Shown: positions 33,166 through 41,431 of the stretch, piece after piece
Layout: each line of letters starts with the position of its first letter
How positions within the stretch are numbered: the stretch's first letter is position 1
Origin: an uncultured bacterium
GTDB taxonomy: Bacteria > Actinomycetota > Acidimicrobiia > Spongiisociales > UBA5794
DNA: 45,081 nt
Assembly: GCA_965368515.1 (NCBI GenBank)
Contig: CBDUNF010000002.1
Location: forward strand, 1-45,081
Direction: 5' to 3'
The notes under the pieces: model-generated
The model's input: the letters and a program-made list of their open reading frames with translations, nothing else
The model's database searches: none
Told to the model about the DNA's origin: nothing
Program-made: the position numbers and the translations under genes

Positions 33166-34851
33166 ATGCCAAACCGCCGCTTCGCCACCGCCCTCGCCGC
33201 CGCCCTCGCCGATCTCGGCGTCGAGCACGCCTGTATCTCCCCCGGATCGCGCAACACTCCCCTTATCGCTGGGTTTGCCACGGAACCGCGCATCCAGAAG
33301 TGGCCTCTGCTCGATGAACGATCGGCGGGGTTCTTCGCCATCGGGCTAGCGAAAGCGAGTGGGAAACCGGTAGTGCTGGTGTGCACGTCAGGAACGGCCG
33401 CAACCGAGTATCACCCTGCAGTCGTCGAAGCGAGCCAAAGCGATGTGCCACTCCTCGTCATGACCGCCGATCGGCCCAAGGAACTGCGTAACGTTGGCGC
33501 TCCGCAGACCATCGACCAGGTATCTCTATTCGGATCAGCTGTGCGCTGGTTCGTGGATGTCGATGCTCCCGACCCGTCCACAGATGCCACCGCTCCCGTA
33601 GCGCTGGCTACCGAAGCCTGGCACACCGCAATATCATCATCACCCGGTCCAGTCCACCTGAATCTCGCTTTCAGAGAACCGCTCCTCGAGACAGGCAGAC
33701 CTCCGGAACCGACCGCGACGCTGCCGATACCACCTACGGGAACGCCACAACCGGACCTTGCGCACATAGCCGCCCGCCTCGATGGACGGAAAGGTCTAAT
33801 AGTTGCCGGTCACACGAATGACGGGGAGTTCCCGGCCGCCTGCGTCGACCTGGCCGCCCGCACCGGCTTCCCAATCATCGCGGACCCGCTAACAGGGATT
33901 CGATTCGGCGAACACAGCCTCAAGAACGTTCTTGCCCACGGCGACCAATTGGCGGCCTCCGGAGCGCTCGACACACTGCGCCCTGAGGTTGTGGTTCGGT
34001 TTGGTCCGGTGCCGACGTCGAAACCAGTGTGGGCATGGATGGCAGCGAACCCGACTGTCGAGCAGATACTGATCGACCCGAAATGCCGGGACGCAACCCA
34101 CAGCGCCACCACCACCGTCGACCTACCAGTCACGCCATCCGCCGCAGCAATAGCGGATGCCGTTGTGACGGCTGCCCCACCGGACTGGCTGGCATCGTGG
34201 TCCCGGCTCGATGCCGCGGCTGCTCAACTGGTGACCGAGACTATCGCCGACGCACCATTCCCCAACGAGCCCATGATCGCCACGATGGTGACCCAGCTGG
34301 CACCGGCAGGATCTGTGCTCACCATCGGCTCATCGATGCCGATCCGCGATGTCGACGCGTTCGGGGGGAAGTCGTCGCGGCGGCTCCAATTGCTTGGCAA
34401 CCGGGGCGCCAATGGAATCGACGGTGTTCTGTCCGCGGCATTGGGCACCGCCGCCACAGGAGCCAATGCGATCGTGCTGCTCGGCGACGTCTCACTCTTC
34501 CACGATCTCAATGCCCTGGGCACCGCGGCCCAACTCAACCTGCCGATCACCATCGTCGTCGTCAACAACAACGGCGGAGGCATCTTTCACTTCCTGCCGC
34601 AGCGCGACCCGGATCTGCTCGACCCTGAGGTGTTCGAGAGGCTGCTCGCCACCCCGCACGGAACAGACTTCGTCCCGCTGGCTCAGGCATTCGGGGTCGA
34701 TGCGCATCGTGTCGATGACCGGGACACGCTGGCGGGACTCCTCGCATCCGCACCGCCGGGTCCACGACTGATCCAGATCGAGACCGATCGCGACGAAAAC
34801 CTTGCCCTGCATCGCAGGGTGGCGGGAGGGCTGAAAGCCTTGCTCAGGTAG
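33166..34851 (+). CDS. menD: 2-succinyl-5-enolpyruvyl-6-hydroxy-3-cyclohexene-1-carboxylate (SEPHCHC) synthase
   Basis: 561 aa ThDP enzyme with ISPGSRNTPL, CTSGTAATEYHPAV and the ThDP motif GDVSLFHDLN..VVNNNGGGIF. Confidence 0.9.
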   Translation: MPNRRFATALAAALADLGVEHACISPGSRNTPLIAGFATEPRIQKWPLLDERSAGFFAIGLAKASGKPVVLVCTSGTAATEYHPAVVEASQSDVPLLVMTADRPKELRNVGAPQTIDQVSLFGSAVRWFVDVDAPDPSTDATAPVALATEAWHTAISSSPGPVHLNLAFREPLLETGRPPEPTATLPIPPTGTPQPDLAHIAARLDGRKGLIVAGHTNDGEFPAACVDLAARTGFPIIADPLTGIRFGEHSLKNVLAHGDQLAASGALDTLRPEVVVRFGPVPTSKPVWAWMAANPTVEQILIDPKCRDATHSATTTVDLPVTPSAAAIADAVVTAAPPDWLASWSRLDAAAAQLVTETIADAPFPNEPMIATMVTQLAPAGSVLTIGSSMPIRDVDAFGGKSSRRLQLLGNRGANGIDGVLSAALGTAATGANAIVLLGDVSLFHDLNALGTAAQLNLPITIVVVNNNGGGIFHFLPQRDPDLLDPEVFERLLATPHGTDFVPLAQAFGVDAHRVDDRDTLAGLLASAPPGPRLIQIETDRDENLALHRRVAGGLKALLR

Positions 34852-36163
34852 CGGCAAGCAGGGTGAGCAACGGTTGAAACTTCAGCCGTGTCTCCTCGAG
34901 CTCTGCCGCCGGATCCGATTCGGCAACAATCCCATTCCCGGCATAAAGCCGGGATGTCTTGCCCGTGAGCAGTGCGCACCGAAGAGCAAGCGCGACCATC
35001 GCACCGCCCGCCGGATCCACCCATCCGACGCCCCCCGAATACCAGCCGCGATCGATTCCCTCCGCCTTGTCGATGAACGCCAGAGCATCCGTGCGCGGAG
35101 TGCCGCCCACAGCGGGCGTCGGGTGAATCGATGCGAGAACGTCAAACGTGGACACGTCATCTTGCAGAGTTCCAGAGATCTCAGTCGAGAGATGCTGCAC
35201 AGTGGCCATCCGTCGCAACGACGGTTCCTCAGAGAAGTCGAGCCGAGTGGTCAACCCGCCCAAACGAGCGACGAGATCGTCGACGACGATGGCGTGTTCC
35301 GCCCGGTTCTTGGCGCTGGCTAGAAGCTCGGCGCCGACTGCGGTGTCGTCGTCGCCCTTGCCACGACGGGCCGACCCCGCCAGCGGATTGACCCAGATGT
35401 CGCGGCCCTCCTGGGCGAGCAACAACTCCGGACTGGCGCCGACGAAAGCCGCCTCACCGACAACGCATGCAAACACGTAACTCGAAGGGTTGGACAGGCC
35501 AAGGTGGTACACCAGATCGAATGGGTCTGCCGCTCGTTCCGAATGGACGTGGACCGAACGGGCCAGAACCACCTTCTCGAACGACCCGCCACGGATCGCG
35601 CCAACGGCCTCGGCCACCTCGGACTTCCATTCGACGGTCGCCGGGACCGACTCAACGGTATGAACACCAGGATCGAGCGGCGGAGGCGCATCCCATGGGC
35701 TGAGATTCGCCAGCGTGTCGAGGACCGATGACGGCTCCACCCCGGGAGCCACCGCGACTGTCAGCTGGGTACCCGAGCCATCTTTGACCAGGGTGACGGC
35801 AGGGAGGACCAGATCCAGAGCTCCGAATCCTCCCCATTCGGGCTGCGCCGGACCGTTGGGATTGAAGGAGAAACCGATGGTGAATCTCGCTCCAGTGCTC
35901 AGTGGGGGCATGGCTCGAAGCTGCTCTTCTAGGTGACCGAATCGATCCGCACCCGCTGCCCGCAGCCGGACGGCAATCCCGAGGCTGGACATCTCATCGC
36001 CATGCGGAGTCCGGAAATAGGAACTATGTGCGACCAGGGAGGCGCCGGCACGCACCGCATCCAATGGCTCACAGTCGACGGCAACCGATGCAGTACGCAG
36101 CCGGGTGATGTCGCCGTCGAGCTGCTGTGCGAGCTGCTCGAGCTGGGGTTGAGAAAAAAGCAC
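34844..36163 (-). CDS. menF: Isochorismate synthase
   Basis: 439 aa chorismate-binding enzyme with SPELLL, HPTPAVGG, RGWYSGGVGW and GNGIVA motifs. GTG start. Men-gene context. Confidence 0.85.
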   Translation of the reverse strand: MLFSQPQLEQLAQQLDGDITRLRTASVAVDCEPLDAVRAGASLVAHSSYFRTPHGDEMSSLGIAVRLRAAGADRFGHLEEQLRAMPPLSTGARFTIGFSFNPNGPAQPEWGGFGALDLVLPAVTLVKDGSGTQLTVAVAPGVEPSSVLDTLANLSPWDAPPPLDPGVHTVESVPATVEWKSEVAEAVGAIRGGSFEKVVLARSVHVHSERAADPFDLVYHLGLSNPSSYVFACVVGEAAFVGASPELLLAQEGRDIWVNPLAGSARRGKGDDDTAVGAELLASAKNRAEHAIVVDDLVARLGGLTTRLDFSEEPSLRRMATVQHLSTEISGTLQDDVSTFDVLASIHPTPAVGGTPRTDALAFIDKAEGIDRGWYSGGVGWVDPAGGAMVALALRCALLTGKTSRLYAGNGIVAESDPAAELEETRLKFQPLLTLLAAT

Positions 36164-36188
36164 GGAGCAGGATGCTAGCGCTGTGCGT

Positions 36189-37043
36189 TCACTGTATCTG
36201 CAGGATTCGCTCGGCTACACGTGCCGCGATGACTCCGGGTTGCTCCATCCACACGAAATGCGATGACGCAGGGACGACTTCGTACTCGGCACTAGGCATT
36301 CGACTGCACAGATCAGCGAGAAACTGTTCCTGGTGCGTTGTCGAATTCTCTCCGGCCATCATCAGCACTGGAGTTTCGATCTCGTCGAGACGATCCCAGG
36401 CTGCGTGTGCTGTCGCTGCCGTGAAGAACTCGGCTTCCGCTTCCGGAGCACACTTCAGCACAACCCCATTCCCCTCCTCACGCAGTCCGCCGGCGACATA
36501 GGCCCGCATCGCCCGGTCATCCCAACCCGCAAAGGCTGACTTCGATGAGAAGTTGTCGTAGGCAGCTTGGCGACTCGTGAAGCCCGGTTTGCGCCGGAGC
36601 GCCCCGGCCGCCATCGGGTTATCCGGGTAACGCCCGTATGGAGGGGGGAAGATGATGGGCTCGACCAGAACCAAAGAGGAGAAGGTTCCTGGTCGAGCAA
36701 GTTCAGCAAGGATCAGCGCGGCCCCACCGGCCGAGTGACCGGCACCGATCACAGGCGCCACGTCCCCGATCAACTCGACAATATCTCGGCCAACGTCCCA
36801 CCAATCAAACGGGGGTTGGGGAACCCCGGAATCGCCATGGGCGCGCTGATCGATGGCGACGGCGCTGAACCCGGAAGCGATCGCGAATGTGTCGGCGATC
36901 ACCGGATCGCAAAGCTCCTTGCTGAAGCCGGTCGCGTGTACGAACACCGCAAGCGGAATGCCGTCGCCCGTCTGAGAGTAGGCAATCTCGACTCCATCGC
37001 GGGCTATAAAGGACGCGATGGCGCCCTCGCTACTCGCCGTCAT
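36189..37043 (-). CDS. Alpha/beta-fold hydrolase (possible MenH/SHCHC synthase; assignment by context only)
   Basis: Nucleophile elbow GHSAGG and an HG-type oxyanion stretch (FVHATGF). It lies immediately upstream of menF on the same strand. Confidence 0.75.
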   Translation of the reverse strand: MTASSEGAIASFIARDGVEIAYSQTGDGIPLAVFVHATGFSKELCDPVIADTFAIASGFSAVAIDQRAHGDSGVPQPPFDWWDVGRDIVELIGDVAPVIGAGHSAGGAALILAELARPGTFSSLVLVEPIIFPPPYGRYPDNPMAAGALRRKPGFTSRQAAYDNFSSKSAFAGWDDRAMRAYVAGGLREEGNGVVLKCAPEAEAEFFTAATAHAAWDRLDEIETPVLMMAGENSTTHQEQFLADLCSRMPSAEYEVVPASSHFVWMEQPGVIAARVAERILQIQ

Positions 37044-37638
37044 CCAGGCGCCACGTCAACAAGTTGTCGACCTTGATTACGCCATCGAGACGACGCCCTA
37101 GTTCGGCCAACAACCTGGCCTCATTCCTGGTTCCGATCTCTCCGCTGAATGTGACAACGCCGTTTGCCACCTCAACAGTTATATCGTCAGGATCGACAAA
37201 CAGCACCCGACGCAGCAGATCCTCACGAATCTCATCCTCGATGATCTCATCGGGACGCGTGAACGCGGCAACGACATCGAGACGGGAGATGATGCCGAGG
37301 CTCTTGCCTTCGCCGTCGGTGACCGGAAGCCGATTGACGTCGTTCACGACCATGATTCGTGCCGCCTCGGCGACGGTGGCGTCTGGCGTGATTGTGAGTA
37401 CCGAGCGGTGCATTACCTGCTCGACTCGCTCTACCGGCTGGGGATCATCGGCCTCTTCCCGTGCCACCTCGAGCCGTAGAAAATCGGCTTCGGTGATGAT
37501 TCCGACGACACGCGAGTTCTCGTCACACACCGGTAGCCCGCTCACCTTGTTGCGAACCATAAGCCGTGCGGCAGCCTTGATCGGCGTCTCCGGCGAGGCC
37601 GTGATCACATCTGCCGTCATCAAGTCAACAACACGCAT
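37030..37638 (-). CDS. CBS-pair plus BON domain protein
   Basis: Two CBS motifs (..VSGLPVCDENSRVVGIITEADF.. and ..VNRLPVTDGEGKSLGIISRLDV..) followed by a BON-like C-terminus (ITVEVANGVVTFSGEI...GVIKVDNLL). GGAGGAG SD. Confidence 0.85.
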   Translation of the reverse strand: MRVVDLMTADVITASPETPIKAAARLMVRNKVSGLPVCDENSRVVGIITEADFLRLEVAREEADDPQPVERVEQVMHRSVLTITPDATVAEAARIMVVNDVNRLPVTDGEGKSLGIISRLDVVAAFTRPDEIIEDEIREDLLRRVLFVDPDDITVEVANGVVTFSGEIGTRNEARLLAELGRRLDGVIKVDNLLTWRLDDGE

Positions 37639-37706
37639 AGGGTGCGCTCCTCCAAGTTTGCGTCGTCTCTATTTTGGCAGCCCTGGCACTGGAAAGCGGC
37701 CCGGGC

Positions 37707-40439
37707 TCAAAGCTCCGCTAATACGTCCCGTCGTGAGGGCAGCCATGCGCCGGTGACCGGCCTCACCTTGATCCGGGCGTCGACCACGCTGAGACCCTTG
37801 CCGGGTTCAGCGACCTTCACCGGATTCATGTCCATTTCGACGATCTCGGGCAGATCGGCGACCAACGCAGACACCCGGAGCAGCGCCTCCCGAACCGCAG
37901 GGACGTCGCCGGCGGCACCCCCCCGATATCCGGCGAGCAGCTGTGCAGATTTGACCTCGTCGATCATCTCGGCCGCATCCAGATCCGTGAGAGGATGAAT
38001 TCGGAATGCGACATCGCCGATCAACTCAACAAAGACACCGCCCAGCCCAAAGACAATCAGCGGACCGAAATTGGGGTCCTCTGTCATGCCGATCAGGACC
38101 TCGTGACCGCCCTCCACGTATTGCTGGACAAGCACACCCTCGAATTCTTCGACTGCCCCGGTAACCGCGGCATACGCGTCGCGCACCGCTTCGTCCCCTT
38201 CGATGTTCAAGACAACCCCACCCACATCGGACTTGTGCAGGGCCGAGTCCGAAATGACCTTGAGCACAACGGGACCGTCCAGGCCGGCCGCAGCGTCAAG
38301 CGCACGATCCAGAGAATCAACCACCACCGATTTGGGCATTGCCAATCCATATGCACGAAGCACAGACTCGACATCATCGGGATCGAGCCAGCCGGCACCG
38401 TCACGCTCCAACGCGGCATCGACGATCGCACGGGCCGCGCTCTCATCGATCCCGTCCAGCTCAACGATTGCGCCCTCGTCTTTCCGTCGCCAACGCTCGT
38501 GTTCAACGGCTTTAGAGAGCGCAAAGGCGGCCTGCTCGGGGAACGGGTAGGTGGGGATGCGATGATCCCCCACGCTGAAGAGGGCCGGTGCTCCCCCCGA
38601 GCTCATGTAGACGATGAGGAACGTCTTCTCCCCGTCGTGTGCGGAGGCAGCATCGCGAATCGCGATGGCCATCTCCTCAGCGCCCTCGGGTGCGGCGGGA
38701 ATAAAGATCGTCATCAGGGCATCGATCTCGTCGGAGGTGAGCAGCGCGTCTATACACGCTGCGTACTCGGCCGGCCCCGCCGAAGCGATCATGTCGACGG
38801 GATTGGTCACGGAGGCGTCGGCGGCGAGGAATCCACGAAGCCTGTCTTTCAGGGCATCGCTGAACTCCACAACCTGGAGACCGTTGGCCTCGAGGGCGTC
38901 GACTGCCAGAATGCCCGGCCCACCGGCGTTGGTGAGGATCCCGACCCGGCTGCCCTGCGGGAGCGGCTGGTTTGCGAGCAATGAGGTGACGTCGAATAGC
39001 TGAGTCAACGTGTCCGTGCGCACAACGCCGGCCTGCCGGAACAGCGTATCAACGGCGGCATCAAGACTTGCCAGCGAACCGGTGTGGCTCGAGGCGGCCC
39101 GCGCCCCCGCAGCAGTCCGACCGGACTTCACAGCCACGATCGGTTTCTTCTTCGAGATACGGCGCGCCGCCCTAGCAAACCTGCGGGGATTACCGAACGA
39201 CTCCATGTACAACAAGATGACGTCGGTTCCCGGGTCCGATTCCCAGTAGAGAAGCAGGTCATCACCAGAAACGTCGGCTTGATTGCCGATGGAGATGAAC
39301 GTCGAGATACCTATCCCCATCTGTGTCGCGTAATCGAGGATTGCGATCCCCAGCGCACCGCTCTGACTCGACATAGCAACGTTGCCGGCCGGCGGCGATA
39401 GAGGACCGAACTGCCCGTTCATGGACACGGCTGAGTCCATGTTGATTAGGCCCATGCAGTTGGGTCCGACCATCCGCATCCCTGCATTCCGCACGGTTTC
39501 CATCAGTTGGTCTTCGAGTTCAGCCCCGGTCTCACCCGTCTCCGAGAAGCCGGCACTGATGACCACAAGACCCCGCACGCCCTTTTCGACGCATTCTTCG
39601 ACCACCGAGTTGACAAAGCGCGACGGGACCACGATGAACGCGAGGTCGACCCGACCCGGCACGTCGAGGATCGACTTGTACGCTTTGACCGACCGCACGA
39701 CATCGGCCTTGGGGTTTACCGGGAAGACCGGACCCGTGAAGTCACCGTTGATGAGGTTGGTGAACAGGCGACCGCCGATCGAGAGCGGCTCACGACTGGC
39801 GCCGATGACCGCAACCGCGCTGGGGTAGAACACCGGCATCAACGAGGCGGCGATGGCCCGCTGCTCATCGATCTCATCCGACTGACCAAAGTAGGAGACT
39901 TCGGTCGTGGGGAATTCGACCTTGTAGAGGCCAGCGTCCTCCTCGCGTCGCATTGGGTAGCCGGCATTGCGGAACACCCTGATCATCACATGGTTGTCGG
40001 CGAGTACAGAGGCGCGAAAGGCGCTGATGCCCTTGTTGACTGCATACGCAGTGAGGTAACGAACCAAGCGGGTGGCGATTCCCTTGCCTTGTTCGGCATC
40101 CACGACCGCAAACGCGACATCTGCGATCTCCGGGTTATCGGCGTCGCGCCAGTAGCGGCCGACTCCGATGACCTGGTCCGAACGAGTAGCAACAAACGCC
40201 ATCCTGTCGTCGTAGTCCAGATGCGTGAAAGCCTCGAGCTCCTCGGGTTCCAGCCGGGTCTTGACTTGGAAGAACCGGTGATAGACCGACTGGCGCGACA
40301 TCCGCGACACCATTTCCTGTAGACCCGGCGCATCATCTGGCTGGATCGGTCGAACTCGAATGGTTGTCCCGTCGCGCAGGGCAACGTTCAGATCCCAGTC
40401 CTGCGGGTAGTTGGGAGGTGGTGAGGTTTCAGCAGACAT
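37707..40439 (-). CDS. Pat-type protein lysine acetyltransferase: N-terminal GNAT fused to an NDP-forming acyl-CoA synthetase-like module (CoA-binding, ligase-CoA, ATP-grasp)
   Basis: Track ORF 37707..40724 trimmed to the Met at 40439 (AAGGAG 5 nt upstream). GNAT core: VVDAEQGKGIATRLV. CoA-binding: VAVIGASREPLSIGG. The C-terminal ATP-grasp is also present. The discarded poly-Val N-terminus is antisense to the poly-Thr run of the divergent gene. Confidence 0.85.
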   Translation of the reverse strand: MSAETSPPPNYPQDWDLNVALRDGTTIRVRPIQPDDAPGLQEMVSRMSRQSVYHRFFQVKTRLEPEELEAFTHLDYDDRMAFVATRSDQVIGVGRYWRDADNPEIADVAFAVVDAEQGKGIATRLVRYLTAYAVNKGISAFRASVLADNHVMIRVFRNAGYPMRREEDAGLYKVEFPTTEVSYFGQSDEIDEQRAIAASLMPVFYPSAVAVIGASREPLSIGGRLFTNLINGDFTGPVFPVNPKADVVRSVKAYKSILDVPGRVDLAFIVVPSRFVNSVVEECVEKGVRGLVVISAGFSETGETGAELEDQLMETVRNAGMRMVGPNCMGLINMDSAVSMNGQFGPLSPPAGNVAMSSQSGALGIAILDYATQMGIGISTFISIGNQADVSGDDLLLYWESDPGTDVILLYMESFGNPRRFARAARRISKKKPIVAVKSGRTAAGARAASSHTGSLASLDAAVDTLFRQAGVVRTDTLTQLFDVTSLLANQPLPQGSRVGILTNAGGPGILAVDALEANGLQVVEFSDALKDRLRGFLAADASVTNPVDMIASAGPAEYAACIDALLTSDEIDALMTIFIPAAPEGAEEMAIAIRDAASAHDGEKTFLIVYMSSGGAPALFSVGDHRIPTYPFPEQAAFALSKAVEHERWRRKDEGAIVELDGIDESAARAIVDAALERDGAGWLDPDDVESVLRAYGLAMPKSVVVDSLDRALDAAAGLDGPVVLKVISDSALHKSDVGGVVLNIEGDEAVRDAYAAVTGAVEEFEGVLVQQYVEGGHEVLIGMTEDPNFGPLIVFGLGGVFVELIGDVAFRIHPLTDLDAAEMIDEVKSAQLLAGYRGGAAGDVPAVREALLRVSALVADLPEIVEMDMNPVKVAEPGKGLSVVDARIKVRPVTGAWLPSRRDVLAEL

Positions 40440-40539
40440 CAGGACTCCTTGCGCCATGTGCGCATCAATGGTCATTGAGGCGATCTGGGGCTGATTGTTC
40501 CACACCGTCACATCCGCAGGAGCGGTGTACGCTGCGGCA

Positions 40540-41223
40540 ATGCGACGTGCAGCCCTGATCGCTCTCCTGATTCTCGCGTCATGTTCCGGCGAAGGCCAGA
40601 CGACCGAGCCGCCGCAGCCTGCCCCGACCCTGACTTCGCTCGCCGATGCCGAGACTCCAACACCCACGACCGCAGGCCCAACCACAGTCGCTCCCTCTAC
40701 CACCACAACCACCACGACGACCACGACACTGCCGGCGAATGCGGCCGCAGATTTCGGGATGTCTCAAGTGGTTTTTGGTGATTCCGCCTCTGTCGTCATC
40801 ACCAATTGGGGTAACGATTCGGGAACCCTCGGCGGGTACTGGCTCAGCCAGGGCGGAGCGTTTCAAGCATTACCTGATGTCGCTCTGGCCCCGGGAGAGC
40901 AGGCCCTCATTGGGCTGGCAGAGGTTCCTCCTCCTGAGCTCGCCGGTATGGCCGCCGTCATCGATCTCGGACGCGCCATCGGAGTGATCTCTCCGGATTC
41001 GGGAGAGATTGCGCTGCACAACAGCGACCAGTTCGACGATTCGGCCAGCCTCGTCGCCTACGTCGAATGGGGCGCCGGAGAGCACGAGAGGGCCGCCCTC
41101 GCCGCGACGGCAGGGATCTGGGAGCCCGGTGCGGTGGTGGTCTTCGACGACGCACCCTCGATCTCGTCGGGCGTTCACCCGGCCATCAGCAGCCAGGACT
41201 GGTCCGTCGATATCGGCGGGTAG
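40540..41223 (+). CDS. Lipoprotein with poly-Thr linker and a lamin-tail-domain-like beta-sandwich (tentative)
   Basis: Track ORF trimmed to MRRAALIALLILASC (lipobox). The stretch SVVITNWGNDSGTLGGYWLSQGG.FQALPDVALAPGEQALI resembles the LTD pattern (..N.g...vdLsGw.L......f.lP...l.pG....v). Confidence 0.5.
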   Translation: MRRAALIALLILASCSGEGQTTEPPQPAPTLTSLADAETPTPTTAGPTTVAPSTTTTTTTTTTLPANAAADFGMSQVVFGDSASVVITNWGNDSGTLGGYWLSQGGAFQALPDVALAPGEQALIGLAEVPPPELAGMAAVIDLGRAIGVISPDSGEIALHNSDQFDDSASLVAYVEWGAGEHERAALAATAGIWEPGAVVVFDDAPSISSGVHPAISSQDWSVDIGG

Positions 41224-41373
41224 TCCGTCGCTGCAAGCTTTAAGGTTTGTTATGGCTGCCCCGAGACCCCGCTAACACGCCCGCTGCGATAGTGATCTTG
41301 CTACGCCACGCAGCAAAGCAACAGTTTCGCAAGGGTGGACGCCCCTCATTTGCCCATCATTCTTGCGAAGGTG

Positions 41374-41407
41374 AAAAGGACCCGCCCATAGCCCGGCGGG
41401 TCCTTTT
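41374..41407. terminator. Bidirectional intrinsic terminator
   Basis: AAAAGGACCCGCC - 8-nt loop - GGCGGGTCCTTTT, a perfect 13-bp stem with an A-tract on one side and a T-tract on the other. It lies between convergent genes. Confidence 0.7.
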
Positions 41408-41431
41408 AATTGTGGTACCTGCGGCGGGCAC

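Noticed and set aside
37995-40322. Plus-strand ORFs 37995..38984 (329 aa) and 39507..40322 (271 aa)
   Set aside because: They are antisense within the Pat-type acetyltransferase gene and have no domain signatures.
40440-40724. N-terminal 95 aa of the 1005-aa track ORF (MVVVVVVVVEG...)
   Set aside because: The poly-Val string is the reverse complement of the poly-Thr tether of the divergent lipoprotein gene. The Met at 40439 has a strong AAGGAG SD, and the GNAT domain starts shortly after it.
41339-41356. C-rich hairpin loop as a 6C-type actinobacterial sRNA
   Set aside because: The loop has only a run of four C residues, and there is a single such loop. It does not fit the two-loop, six-C pattern.
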